Made by a program: the position numbers and the translations under genes. The notes beneath the pieces are model-generated. The model saw only the letters and a program-made list of their open reading frames with translations. It was not told where the DNA came from and did not search any database. Below are positions 48,095-61,393 of a DNA stretch of 64,000 nucleotides, in pieces. Within the stretch, counting starts at the first letter, position 1; each line of letters starts with the position of its first letter. Source of the stretch: Selaginella moellendorffii (Eukaryota; Plantae; Lycopodiophyta); NCBI RefSeq assembly GCF_000143415.4, contig NW_003314263.1, positions 3,792,451 through 3,856,450 on the forward strand, in the 5' to 3' direction.

Positions 48095-49720
48095 TTATTC
48101 CTCATCATACCACGGGTCTGCTGCTCACACCACTCTGATAACCGAGCCCAGTGATCGATCTCTCCAAGAACATCCTCTTGTTAAATCCATCAAACTCGCA
48201 GTTTCCACCTGTGAGTAGAATCATCCCATCCATAACTCGGCTGACGAGTTAGTTTGGCACTCTCCTCATGGCAATGGATGCCATTTCTCCCACTTCTGCC
48301 TGATCTACAGGCTGGAAGAATATCTCTGAATCGTTCCACACCAAGTACTATTTGGTAGTCCTTCTCAGTAAGAGGCCGTTGTATTACAAACTCTGGCACT
48401 ATTTCCTGCAGTCCGGGTGGTGGCGCTGAAGTATATGAAAGATCAATTTCCTGGAAGTAAAGCAGTTAGAAAAGGAAAAGAAAAGTAGTGACGAAAGTGA
48501 TATACCTTGAGTTTCGAGGTTAGACGACTGAGTTCTGCTTCATCTTCATCTACATCTTCTTCTACTTCTTCTTTGTAGTCTCTGTCCATTTGCTTGTACA
48601 TATGCCAGTCCTCATCATTCATGCCAAAAGTATCTTCGTCCAAAGGTTGCTTGCATTAAGAGTTTCATTTGTTCTCTCTACACGGCAGTCAGCCTTTCAC
48701 TTTTGACCGTGAGTCTGCAACTACAGTACCATGGCCGTTGGTTGTGCAAACTTTCTGTTGTTTTCTTTGGTCTACCTTTGTTGAAACTTCACAATGCCTG
48801 GCCTTCAACTCCTCTAGATACTTCTCTAGGTTTTCCTATGATGAGAAAGAGTTGTAAATATTTAGAAAGAAAAAGATGTAAAAGATGTACAAGCGATACT
48901 CTTCTTCCATTTGTTGCTTGTGCTCTCTCTGTAGGGACTCTTCTTAACATCTTTGCCTTGCTCGAATGTGTCTATCAAGTGCACGATCCCGATTTTTTGG
49001 GTTTTATGCCAGTGGTGCTGTTGTTTTTAAAAAAATCTTTGCTTTCTTTTTCGCTTCAATTGCCAATGCCAAGCACACAACAGCTGACAAAAAGAAAATT
49101 TGATATACACAACTGTTCCTTGAATAAAAGGCTTTCTGCATTTTCGAGCAGAGGGTACTTTTGTGATGCTAGAATGTCACCACTATTCACTATCTTTTAA
49201 CACCTTAATGCTTTCTCCGTTAGCTTTACATATACTACTTCAATCAGTCTAGATCCCGAAAAAGGTTCTTCAAGTATTCCGCCTCATTTTCTAAATCAAT
49301 AAGCTTTGAGGATAGTTTTGCTGCTGCCATTTCTTGAAGCCGCTATCACTGCTTTTCTCTCAAAGCTGCCAGTTCATCCTCCCCAGGCTGCTCTTTTTCA
49401 GGTGGCAGTATCCATGGCACCTACCACCATCTCATTTTCACTAATGCCTAGGGAGATTATAACTGATGAAATAAATTGCTACAACATTGACACACCGAAC
49501 TGCTTACCTAAAATAGTTTTAGCTCTGCAGTATAGTCGACTGTAATGCAGCTATTCTCTGTTTTTCAAAAACCACATGTGGTAGTTATGCTATATTCAAT
49601 CAAATCGCTATGGACTTACAGATATTGAAGGCACAAAAAGCACTTTAGATAATCAGAGACATGAAAGCCTCCTACCGATTTTCTGCAGCATACTTCCATA
49701 ATAGGCTCCTTAATAGATAT
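48095..49720 (-). pseudogene. ARP5: Actin-related protein 5 (INO80 subunit) remnant with introns
   Basis: ENLEKYLEELKARH..; EDTFGMNDEDWHMYKQM..DEDEAELSRLTSKLK|EID..; RPLTEKDYQIVLGVERFR; ILLTGG. Stops and frameshifts present. Confidence 0.78.
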
Positions 49721-49859
49721 CTGACACAATACGAGTTTTGAACTTACAACAAAAGCAAAAACTAACAGAGAAACCATCAGTGTATTGGTATAATATGAGT
49801 TGTAGCAAACAAGTATACCATCAGAATTGCACGTGTGTGTGCATGCATGTGCGTGCGCT

Positions 49860-50215
49860 CACACACACACACACACACACAGAGAGAGCACGCACCTGTC
49901 CAGTCGATTACAGTGTCAATCCATAAGGGTGTGAGAACTGGATTGCTGGCCGCGATGGCGGCAAAATCCAGCACCGCCGGCTTGATCCCTGCGATCCAAT
50001 ATTTGGACTGGATCCCGATCCGTAGGAGATGGCATCGAGGGAATCCCTCACAGAGCTGGATAGCTGGAAGCTTGTGACGTCCTCACTGCAGCAATCATGG
50101 CGGGGGAGCGCCACCATCGCCAGCCACCTGTGTGCCGACGCTAGGTTCTTGTTGCACCAGGATCTCTTTTGGTGCGTTGCTCATCACCATCCCCAGTGCC
50201 ATGGAAGATTGATAG

Positions 50216-50253
<38 letters not shown>

Positions 50254-50295
50254 ATGCACCTGTCCAGTTGGTTACAGTGTCAATCCATAAGGGTG
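49860..50295. repeat. (CA)n and (GA)n microsatellites, each followed by the same ~44-bp sequence
   Basis: (CA)~10 at 49860 and (GA)~17 at 50217. gca(c/t)gcacctgtccagt..ttacagtgtcaatccataagggtg occurs at about 49887 and 50252. Confidence 0.75.
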
Positions 50296-50776
50296 CAAGA
50301 ATTGATCACGTCCACAATCAGTACAAATATGAAACCCTCAGATATAATAACTGTTTTTAAGAAAGTATTACATCTAAACCATTGATTTGACAAATCAAAG
50401 GGTAAGAGAATATCTGTCCCCCGATGCCAATAGCACTTTTAAATAAAGAAGTACTAGCAAAAGTCCCAGCTACGCTGGGAGCATTGTGTTCATTTCTGAT
50501 ATTTTATTAATTTCAAAGAATTGTAATAGTAATTGAAATTTTTAACATAATCATAATTATAAGATATATAGTTAAACATAACATAATATTTATATTAAAA
50601 ATCCTTTCTAAAATTGAATCTATCACCAACACACATCATAACATCATAAATAAAACTCATTATATTATATCATATTTAAAACTGATTGTTGAGAGAAGTC
50701 TTGGATATTCTATAAATGGAATTGCTCACTGCAGGATCCCATGGCCAGATGAGCCATTTAGAAATTGAGGTTTGAT

Positions 50777-50931
50777 NNNNNNNNNNNNNNNNNNNNNNNN
50801 NNNNNNNNNNNNNNNNNNNNNNNNNNNNNNNNNNNNNNNNNNNNNNNNNNNNNNNNNNNNNNNNNNNNNNNNNNNNNNNNNNNNNNNNNNNNNNNNNNNN
50901 NNNNNNNNNNNNNNNNNNNNNNNNNNNNNNN
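50777..50931. other. Assembly gap (run of N)
   Basis: Ns in the sequence. Nearby 50530-50740 is repeated at 51590-51770. Confidence 1.
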
Positions 50932-52214
50932 AAAATATAAACATTTATCTTTTCATCATTTCAGACTGAAATTTGGGAATTGCATGATACTAAGTCAAAG
51001 ATGTTAGGTTAATGTGTTATATTTTCTTTTCAAACTTTTAATATTTTATATATTTATCTTTGATATTCCCTTTTTGCCCAATATTTATAGTTATGCATTT
51101 TGAGAGTAGTATTTAAAATTAGAAGTATTCTATTATTTATCATAAACTTCTTTTTGTCTATATTTTTATATAGAGAGAATGCTAATCTGAAATAAGATTA
51201 TTATCTCTCTATATTTATGTATATATATATATTTAAAAGTAGGGCTTTATAACACTGTTATGAATGCTGGAATTTTATTATGATAAATGAATGGTTATGG
51301 TTTACTCTATACTGGGGTAGAGTAGGGTTTGATAATATATAATTTTTCTCTATGTTAGATTTAAATATATCATAAAATTCCTGAATAGTATATAGATAGG
51401 TTTAATATAATTAAATTGTAGTTGTTTTTCATGTATAAAAATTATGTAGGATTAAGTGTTAGAAACTTTTATGATAATATATATATGTTAGCCATTTGAC
51501 AACTCAATATATTTAATTTTATTTATGTTTTTTTAAAATAACAATAAGATTACTGATAAAAAATTATTTTAGACAAGATTTATAATCATAATTATAATTT
51601 TTAACATAATAATAATTATAAGATATATGGTTAAACATAATATAATATTTATATTAAAAATCCCATCTACAATTGTCTCTATCAGCAACAGACATCATTA
51701 CATAATAAATAAAACTCATAACATTGTATCTTCGATCTTCTATAAGTGGAATTACTCATTATGAGATCCCACTCTTAAGGATGGGTTCAATACAAATGGT
51801 TGTATGAGTGAAAATCCAGAAACTTAATATTTTGTGAGAGGAAGAAGCTAAAGCTTTAAAAGATCATATATGTATATAGATGCTCATAGTGGCAGTGGTA
51901 GTGATTATTATTTTGTATTCTACTCTATATGACCTACCATATTTCGTATGATCTATATCATAGACTCAGTTTTAGAAATAAAAAATTAGTCTATGTACTA
52001 AAATTGAAATTATATTATTAAGCTAGATGCATATTATAATATTTATATTAAATTATTGATAATTTTAGTGATAATAATATAATACTGTATTAAAATTATA
52101 CATTAGTGATAATATTATATTTTAATATTTAAAATTATTTATTAATTCACATATTTATATGTAACAAAAATTTTATTTATTAAATCTATTCTGTAGCAAT
52201 GTTTGCACAACCAT

Positions 52215-52710
52215 ATTTGTCCATGTGACCAACTCTTCTTCTAAAGCAGTGATTTCTGGTACAAAGACAGTATCTGAGATGTTGTCTATCAACCTGAAGG
52301 TTTCCAAGTTCTCTGCTATTTTTCATGTTATTGTGTCAGTGAAAGAATTCCAGACTGGTGACTTCTATTACCCAGCATGCATGAAGGTTGTCAATGGAAG
52401 CCAATGTGGCAAGAAGGTTACTCAGGTTTTGGAAAGTATGTGGCAATGCAACTCTTGTGACACTGATTCTGGAGATATTCACTTCAAATATGCACTACAC
52501 TTGTGTATTCTGGACAGCACTGGACATATATAGGCGGTTGCATTTGATGATGCTAATGAAATTGTAGATATGCCTGCATGTAAGCTGGCTGCGCTACAAG
52601 ATGATGATTATACTGTTTTTTCAACCGTAATGGACTCTATTTGATCAAAGATGTACAATCTGAAGATTCGTTGCAAGCTCGAGAGCTACAGAGATACCAA
52701 AAAATTATAG
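52215..52710 (+). pseudogene. RPA1: RPA70-like C-terminal OB fold/Zn ribbon fragment
   Basis: FYYPACMKVVNGSQCGKKVT..WQCNSCD..KYALHLCILDSTGHI*AVAFDD..KLESYRD, with in-frame stops. Confidence 0.8.
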
Positions 52711-52919
52711 TTGGTCTTGACACTTAAAAGAAAAAATGTGTGAGAAAACAAAAAGTATGTTTTATTTCTTTCTACTATTGTTTTATAATTTGTTGTGTGT
52801 GGTATCAAGTTTCTAAGTATAAGCCAAGCTGGAGCTTTCAAAACTAATGTTGTGTAGAAGTTGATGAATGATTAAAACAATTTGTAATAATGTAATTAGT
52901 TAAAAACTGTTTAAATTAA

Positions 52920-53660
52920 CTAAGTATTGGTTGTAGCTAGCAACCATCCATTCACACAGCCATGAGACATCTTCTAATTCAGGATCAACTAAAAGGGTAG
53001 AGCCACCTGTGACTGAAATAGACTTGCCATTGTAATCTGAAATCCGGCTGCCCTTCAGGCATACAGTAGGCTTCTGCCCTCGTCCAAGTTTCTCCTCGAT
53101 TTCTGAACCTTCATCTTCGGCCTTTGAATCCCACAGACACATGTCTATACTGTGGCCTGATTCATCACTCAAAGAAAGCATCCTCCTTCTCATGAATGCT
53201 CCAGAATCCTTAGGAGAAATGTTTGTCTATTCCACATTACACCACCAATCACGTCTATAAATGTCTCTTGGCCGAGCTTAGAAGCATCTAAAACACTCAT
53301 TCTATTAAGAACAACATTTGGAATACGTAGATCGTCCTCTACACACTTGATCTCCATAGTCTTGCTTGCTTTTATCTCCCAATTTGATTTATATGGTGTA
53401 TATGCTGGTTTAGAGTGTTGTATACCACTGTTCCCTGAAAATATATAGACACTGCCTTGCTCAATATCATGAAAGATGCTTTGCATTCATGCCAAACCCA
53501 ACAATATGTATTTTGGAACTTTATGCATCGGCAACAGCAACTGACATAACACACCCAGCTGTGCCTGTTTCAAAGAATACAAGTTTCCCTTTGTGTCTCA
53601 CCTTGGCATGAAAAGACCATCGGTAGCAGTGGCCCCTGATGTTCTTATATGGCATCTCAG
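52920..53660 (-). pseudogene. RPA1: RPA70-like DBD-A/DBD-B fragment
   Basis: IEQGSVYIFS..FIDVIGGV..RRMLSLSDESGHSIDMCLW..LKGSRISDYNGKSISV..STLLVDPE..LCEW, with frameshifts. Confidence 0.8.
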
Positions 53661-54744
53661 CTTCTTAGAACTCTGTCCCTTAACATGAAACAGAGAAAAA
53701 AAATAAAAAATGTTATATACATACATACATAATGTAATTAGTTACAAACAATTTGTAACTAAATAACTAATTTGTAATGTATTTAGACAAAACTAACATT
53801 AGTAGTCGTAGTGCTTTACATTTGTGTTTATTTTTTTATAAAAGAAATATCAGAAGAAAAATCTGGGAGTGTCATATATATTTCAGTTCTTGGCTTTTCG
53901 TTTATATTGTTTCTTTATATTAACAAAGAAATATTCAAGCATGAGATTTCATAGGTGGTTATGTTAAAGGTTTTGAATATGAAAGTGTGGGAAAGCTTAC
54001 TTGATTGTAAGAAGAAGTTCAGCCTTTTCTATATCATGATTTTTAAATACATATTCTGTAATTACATTAACCTTGAAGGATATGCACTCTAGTGTTCATT
54101 GGATCACCAATGAAAGGCACATTGATATTGTAAACATCTATCACTTTGGCTTCAGTTCTGTCATCTTGGACCATTACACAACTTTGCAATCTCTAGAGAC
54201 AGACCAGATATTCTTCTGGCTGCTTGCTGAGCAGAACATTAAGTTGTAGTTATCTGCGCAAGTAGAGTATGTCATAATCCATGAGTTTTTTTCACGAACG
54301 TGCCTCAACAATCCACACACAGCAGGCCTGTATATTTGATTGGAGTATATGAAGCAGTGTGATCCATGCAATGCAATTATACACATCTCTTTCCAGGTAT
54401 GTAATACATTAGTGGGAGAATTAGGAATGTTTGTAAACAGCTGATTTACAAACCTTCTGATGTTGAAAGGTTAGGAATATATTCAATGGAATCGTTGCCC
54501 CCATCAATGAAAGTTCCCATGTAAGTCAATGCTTGAAGTGCCTAAAAAAAGATAAACAAATCACAAACTTTAATGAGCATATCACCTCAAGTGCTGGGTT
54601 CTTTCAAATGTTCCCCTGCAAAGATCCAGTCCATTGTTCTAGACTCTAACAATTTCTGCATAAAAGCTTCAGATGCTTCAACATCAGAAATCAAAGAGTA
54701 AAGGCACAGATGTAAAGGCAAAGGTTTATTTTTTTTAAGGAATG

Positions 54745-54990
54745 TCAAAGTTCCTTTGTTCCATATAGTTGATCAACAAAATGCGAAGGTATAGCTACTT
54801 GGAACGTGTCTTGTCCAAGGTGAAGCTGGCCCTTTAGCGTGATGTGTTCCTTTATAGGTCCTGCATATTTACATATTTTACATATTGCTTCATCTTTAGA
54901 AGTTTGTTGCAATCTTGATCCGCAGCATAATGAACAAACTGTGTGTATAAAAACTGGACAGAGCTTATCTACTTCAAAGTATCCAGGTAT
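54745..54990 (-). pseudogene. Additional exon with CxxC...CxxC Zn ribbon, resembling an RPA-C-type OB fold
   Basis: VCSLCCGSRLQQTSKDEAICKICKY..LKGQLHLGQDTFQVAI..VDQLYG, flanked by AG acceptor-like sequence. Confidence 0.4.
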
Positions 54991-55837
54991 CTGCAAAACA
55001 ACGTGTATTTAATATGGGCTTGTTTCATTTCCTTTCGCACTTACCCCTGTGCATTCCCTTGCAATATTCCGAAAAAGTCCCAGCTACGCTGGGAGCATAG
55101 TGCATTGTATACATTGTACATTGTATACATAGAATATTGCATTCCCTTGCAATATTCCGAAAAACAGAGTCAAGGAATTATTTTGGCATCATCTATTATA
55201 CATGAAACAATGCTCATGCCTGTGACATTTGCTCTCTTGAAATAACCGTCTCCTTGTAAATTAATGAAACATCTTGTTGGTGGAGTTCCAGAAAAACATT
55301 CATTCATCAACTCTTTGAATAATTCCATTATGTTGCCATGGAATTTGAGCTGCCATCATATAGATTATTGTCAGGGATCCACATGCTATATTGAACTTAC
55401 TATATCATATCAGACTCGTTGATGTTATCTGTTATTGTGAGTTGACCACTGTTGTAGCCTATATCATTGATACTCACTACAACACCTTCAACAGAACCTA
55501 CAGATTCTCGGCCTCTACATGACTCCACAAAGTTTGCAATGCTGATAGTTGGTACAGACAGACGAAATTGTGGCACTATAAGCTATTAACTAAAAGCTTA
55601 CGTTTTCTTCCTAGCATAATAGATGCTCATCATTGTGGTGGGTCAATAAAAAGAGGAGATGCACTGGGCCTGGGTTGGAACTCAAGTCATCATGTTGTTT
55701 CGCATTTCTCTAGCATGACTCCACATTCAAATATATATAGCCACAGATACCACCTACTCAAAAATAAACTGGAGATAACCATAAAGGAAGTGCATAGAAA
55801 GAAAAATAGGCAGCTAGCCTCTTCCCACTCTTTCATG

Positions 55838-56588
55838 CACTGTGGTCCATGCACTGTGTGCGAGTGGAATCCCGAATGGGACAGCCTTTTGCCCGATGAG
55901 CAGGCCAGGCTCAAGGCTCGGCAGGGCGTGAAATACGTTTGCCTCGATGGCTTACAGGTGCTCAACTCCGAGCTAGCAAGCAAAAAAATTTAGCAGAAGC
56001 AGCGAGCGAGTAAGGAGTGACGAAGAACCAAACAAATAAGACAAATACATTATCAGAGATGAAACTCTAGAACCGGTTGCCAAGGACGGTGTCACCATTG
56101 GCGAAGTTTGCATACGTGGGAACATGGTGTTCAAGGGATACTTGAACAATCCAGACTCTGGGGACTTGGCAGTTTGGCATCCCAATGGATACATCAAGAT
56201 CAAGGATCGAGCCAAGGATATTATCATTTCTGGAGGGGAGAACATTAGCAGCCTGGAAGTGGAGAGCATCTTGTACAGGTAAAAGGAGAGTTTTTCCTTC
56301 TTTGTTTCTTGTTAAAGTTTGCTTCTTTTTCATCCAGGCATCCAGCAGTGTTGGAAGCTGCTGTGGTGGCGCAGCCAGATGAGCAGTGGTCCATGTGCGT
56401 TTGTGTCCCTCAAGCACGGCGTGAGAAGCAACAAGGAGGAGATACTCTTGTTGTATCGACAGCATTTATGGAAGTTCATGGTGCTAAAGAGCATCGTCTT
56501 TCTCACAGCCTTGGACAAAACTGCGACTGGCAAGATCCAAAACCAGGTGCTGTGCAGCAAAGCAAGAGCTCTTGGCAGTGTCAAGTAA
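55838..56588 (+). pseudogene. Acyl-activating enzyme (AMP-dependent ligase, AAE clade) 3' remnant
   Basis: GPCTVCEWNPEWDSLLPDEQARLKARQGV; [58 protein letters not shown]; HPAVLEAAVVAQPDEQW; KTATGKIQ. Internal deletions. Confidence 0.82.
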
Positions 56589-56672
56589 ATCAGCAAGCTC
56601 TACAAGCCAACTATTGACGTTGTAAAGCTTGAACTACAAGCCAACTATTGAACTTGTAAAGCTTGAAATCGT

Positions 56673-57585
56673 TCATGGCCTGGAAAATCCCCAATCTAGC
56701 CTGGCAATTTTAAATCGGTCAGCTACTGTCCGTCCGTTGTAATGTACTGGAATGAAAAATAAATAAGTAACATGCAAGAACCAAGAACGCAATTCATCTA
56801 CCTCAAACAGTAGCTTTGTCTTATCAGCTGTCACTCTTGCATATCCAAATGCCGACCTTCGAATCAAGCTCCATGAACTAAACTGTCGACAAAAAAAATA
56901 GAAAAGGTAGAATATCAATACCATATAAAGAGCTTGAATATAGGAAACAAAGCTGCAAGCTTACATTATGAGGGAAGTCATCCAAGGTGAATTCAGCCAT
57001 GCCAACCACGGTGTGAACTGGAGCTGAGTAAATTGTAGTGTCAAAGAAATCGACGCCTGCTAAATCCTTGATCGGGTGCTGCAGGCAGCGCCCTGAAACA
57101 CAGCACAAGTTCGCAGGTAATTGTGAACATGCCCCCACACTGCTAAATCAACCTGTGCAAAAAAAAAAAGAAAAAAGAAAAAAGACAGTTTCATTCTAGT
57201 TTTCCCTTTGAAGAGCTCGTGTTTTACCTTGTTTCTCAAGAGCAATGGTTCCACAGCTGCTACAAATTTCGGATCCACACCTGGTAAAGTTTAGAAATAA
57301 ATCCCCCGCAATTGAGTGGAGTACATAGGTCGATGACTGAAAGAAAAATAGCACACATGAGTTTACAGAATGAAAATGTGAATAAAAACAGTTACCCTGT
57401 GAAAACTATCCATGGTGTACTGAATCTGCCAACAGATTCAAGGTCAGATTTCATCCAAGCGTACTGTAGAAGAAGGTTTCGTTGAAGGAAAGATGAAAAG
57501 AATAAGAATGCATACTTGTTTGCTGGTCGAGCTCCAGTCATGTTCTGTAGAGATGACTGTGAAATGCATGGGGCCAATAGCCATG
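56673..57585 (-). pseudogene. Purple acid phosphatase / nucleotide pyrophosphatase-phosphodiesterase 3' remnant
   Basis: GPMHFTVISTEHDW..Q|YAWMKSDLESV.RFSTPWIVFTG|HRPMYS..EPLLLRNK|VDLAVWGHVHNY.RTC..APVHTVVGMA..WSLIRRSAFGY. The N-terminal half is absent. Confidence 0.8.
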
Positions 57586-57923
57586 GAGCCGTGGAGCTGT
57601 GGCTGTCCCGAGGAGAAGTACAGGGACGAAAATTTCTTTTTTGTCTCTTGGTTACAGCCTCGAGCACCTGGCACAAACAGGAACTTTAAGCCTCGAAAGA
57701 GAATAGCAAAAAGCAAGAGAGTGAAAAACCTTGATTCTAGTCATGGTTCCAGCCTCAAGAACCTGGAACAAATAGGGGCTTGAGAGTCTCGAAAAAAGAC
57801 TGTCATTTTTCCGGCGCATGGCCATTGACAACGGTTTCCTGAGCTTTTCAATCGGTAGCAGCTTCAGATCTTCACGTACAGCTGACTGTAGCTCTGAGGT
57901 GCTCTGCAATGAAGACCGCATCA

Positions 57924-57967
57924 AACACACACACACACAGAGACAGAGAGAGAGAGAGAGAGAGAGT
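57924..57967. repeat. Compound (CA)n(GA)n microsatellite
   Basis: acacacacacacacagagagacagagagagag... Confidence 0.85.
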
Positions 57968-58335
57968 ACCTTCCCACAAGCGATGATCGATGCTCTCTCC
58001 TCGTTCTCACGAGGAGAGGAGAATTGTCTTTTAGGACCCTAAAAGACAATTAAAAGTTTTTATGATCCCAAAGTCACGACTCCCCATTGTTTAATCTCAG
58101 CCGTTAGATTTTGGCATATGCCCAGAATAAGTGACGCCAGCATATACTATTATTATACCGGCTCTTTCGTTTAAATATATGAGTATGATGATGTTTACCT
58201 TTTATGTTGTTGGAGTTATAAAAGTTACACAAAACGTTACCTTTTAAGAGAGGCGTTAACTTACCAGAATATTCACACAAAATCTTGCATTGGGGGTTTA
58301 GGGTTTAAGGAATTTAGGGCAGGAGAAAGGGGGCG

Positions 58336-59979
58336 ATGGAAGGAATCTTTCGCTCTAGCAGCAGCGATCGCGCGTCACTGGCCAAGACGAAGATCGTGTG
58401 CACGCTAGGCCCCAAGTCTCGCGAGATCCCCATTCTCGAGAATCTCCTGCGCGGCGGCATGAATGTGGCGCGCTTCAATTTCTCGCACGGATCTCAAGAC
58501 TACCACCGCGAAACGGTCAGCAATCTCCGCGCGGCGATGGCCAGCACGAAGATCCTGTGCGCCGTGATGCTCGACACGAAGGTGAGCGATGGATCTCGCA
58601 AATCTTTTTCCTTGAGTCGTTCCTCCAGGGGCCAGAGATTCGCACTGGAATGCTCAAGGATGGAGCTCCAATCCAGCTGAAAGAGGGGAATGTCATCACG
58701 ATCACCACGGACTACAGCATCCAGGGCGACGAGACGACGATCGCGATGAGCTACAAGCGGCTCGCGGAGGATCTAGCTCCAGGGAACGTGATCCTCTGCG
58801 CCGACGGCACGATCACGCTCACGGTGGTCTCCTGCGATCCAAGCGCCGGGACGATCGTGTGCCGCTGCGAGAACACGGCTGTTCTTGGCGAGAGGAAGAA
58901 CGTCAATCTCCCAGGCGTCGTCGTGGATCTTCCAACCGTGACCGAGAAGGACGTGAAGGACATCCTGGAGTGGGGCATTCCCAATAGCATCGATTTCATC
59001 GCTCTTTCCTTCGTCCGCAAGGCCAAGGATCTGATCAACGTGAGGAAGCTCTTGAGCGATCATCACCCCACCGCGGCAAGAACAATCCAGATCATCTCCA
59101 AGGTGGGCTTTTTCTTTCGTTTCTCTTGATGGATCATAGTTGTTCTTACGTGATCTATTGGAAGTTTAGATCGAGAACCAGGAAGGACTGGTGAACTTCG
59201 ACGAGATCCTCCGTGAGTCGGACGCGATCATGGTGGCCAGGGGCGATCTCGGCATGGAGATCCCAACGGAGAAGATCTTCCTGGCGCAGAAGATGATGAT
59301 CTACAAGTGCAACGCCGCTGGAAAGCCCGTGATCACCGCGACGCAGATGCTAGAATCCATGATCAAGTGCCCGAGACCCACGAGAGCCGAGGCCACGGAC
59401 GTCGCCAACGCAGTCCTCGACGGCACCGACGCGGTGATGCTCAGCGGTGAGACCGCCGCGGGGCTCTATCCGGAGCTCGCGGTAGCAACCATGGCCAAGA
59501 TCTGCGTCGAGGCCGAGAACTCGCTCGACTACCCGGCCATCTTCAAGGCGATCATGGATCAATCGCTACTGCCGCTCAGCCCGCTCGAGAGCCTGGCTTC
59601 CACGGCGGTCCAGACGGCCAAGGAGGTGAAAGCTTCGCTCATCGTGGTGCTGACGCGGGGTGGTACCACGGCGAAGCTGGTGGCGAAGTATCGACCAATG
59701 GTACCGGTTCTATCGATCGCGGTGCCGGTGGTGAGGACGGATAGCCTGACGTGGTGGTGGAGTAGCGAGTCTCCGGCGCGGCATAGCTTGGTGGTGAGGG
59801 GATTGGTGCCATTGCTAGCGCAAGGAGAGTGGAAGGCGACGGAGGCGGAGTCTTGCGAGGAGATTTTTGGGGCGGCGGTGAAGTATGCTGTGGAGAGGAA
59901 GATGTGCCGAGCTGGGGAATCGATTATAGCGCTCCAGAGGATTGGGGATGCTGCGGTGATCAAGATCATTGCAGTGTGA
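58336..59979 (+). CDS. PK: Cytosolic pyruvate kinase, exons 58336-58581, 58629-59102, 59170-59979
   Basis: KTKIVCTLGP..MNVARFNFSHG..MLDTK|GPEIRTG..IISK|IENQEG..IMVARGDLGMEIP..ATQMLESM..PTRAEATDVANAVLDGTD.VMLSGETA. GT-AG introns keep the frame. Confidence 0.95.
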
Positions 59980-60608
59980 TTGATGGAAGAGAACTATTGA
60001 GTCAAGGATATATTGTTCTTTAATCTCTAGCGGTTTAGGGTTTAAGAGCTCAGCTAGAGTTTGTGTATTGTGACCGGGGAGAGAGTAAGTCCTTCATCTT
60101 CTTGTTGAGATCTATCTTCGAGTCTTATGTGATGCAAACCGTTCCAACCTAGACCGCCAAGAAAGTAAGTCCCTTCCTTCATCTTCATGCTGGTTTTTAT
60201 AAACAAGTCTATGCTTTGCAGAACTGGCACACAAGATGCCTGGCTATGCAATTGTGGCATCTAAAAAATGAAAGTATATTATATAATAATCCATACAAAA
60301 CACCATACATTAAACCACAGGTTATTGTAAGATGCACTCATATGCAATCATATATTCCTTGCCAAATGCATGACCTATCCACCAAAGAATGAGTTGCCTT
60401 AATGGCAAACCAAAATAGATGGTTTTGAAAAATAAAGCAGAAATTCTTTTGGACAGACATAATTGATATATTTAGAAATTAATTTTTTGATATTGTTGCA
60501 ACCCTTTAAACCTGACATATTGAAGCTTTTGTAAGTATTGATATTAAAGGGTTAAGCAACGTTTATTGTAATAAGTTAGATTTACATAAAGAGAATTTAG
60601 GGCATTCA

Positions 60609-61393
60609 ATGGAAACGCTGGACTCCAAGATGAGGGTCATGCTTCGCAGTATGAAGAATGTTCCAGTCACAGCCCCAAGGAACTTGAGGATTGGGCATCC
60701 CGAGGTGAGCCCACTGGGGGACTTCATGTACCCAATTGAGTATCCAGAACCGGCCACGGCCCAATTTCGTTGCGGCTTGTATGCGCTTGTGAGATCCGAG
60801 TTTTACCATCGCTACGATCATGGCAAACGCATGATGCGCCATTTGTACACCATCACAAGAGAAGGCGGCGACGTAGAGAAGTACCAAGTTGTGCTGGCCG
60901 AAGACTCGCTTGGAGAGACAATCAAGGGGTTCTCGAGAATGGATTGGGAGGATTGTGCGATCCCTGAGAATGGGGAGCTTAGGCAAGGGGAGAGGCGGTG
61001 TTCGCCGAGGAGGGAGATGACGAGTTATGAAGTTCCGTCCAAGGCGGTTGAAAGACTAGACTTGATGATGAGCCAAGATAGAATCTTCCCATCATGTAGA
61101 AACTTTGTGAAATGAAGACAAGCTCTTCTCAATCTTTAATGAGAAGATTTCGCAGCGTCAAAATGGCCACTCTCACATCAAAAGTATCAAGATCTAGGCA
61201 GACCTTTTCTTTGGAGGACGTTCTCGCGACTTCCCTCATCCGAGGTAAGAGTGGCTGCTATAATGTCCACAGCCAAGCTGTAGAACGGAGGTGCCAGATG
61301 CATGCAGTGGAGTCGTTCCTTGAAAGAGCTCGCAGCTGTTGGTATCGCGTGAGGATGTCTTTGCTACCAAGAGAGAGAGAAACAAATCATTGA
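60609..61393 (+). other. Unrecognised ORF pair (168 aa + 93 aa, overlapping ATGA), probably one frameshifted gene
   Basis: GC-normal, coding-like segment after an AT-rich spacer. No recognisable motif. Confidence 0.3.

Larger units (their letters stand above)
50454..55100 (-). mobile_element. Helitron relic (5' boundary undefined)
   Basis: Minus-strand 3' end TCCCAGC-GTA-GCTGGGA-CTTTTG-CTAG|T at 50480-50454. An identical hairpin lies at 55078-55094. The AT-rich interior carries RPA70-like fragments, known cargo of plant Helitrons. Confidence 0.75.

Noticed and set aside
50726-51007. ORFs containing runs of X
   Set aside because: Artefacts of the N gap.
58292-58320. GGGTTTAGGGTTTA telomere-like motif
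   Set aside because: Only about two units; an ordinary telo-box-type promoter motif that also occurs near other genes here.
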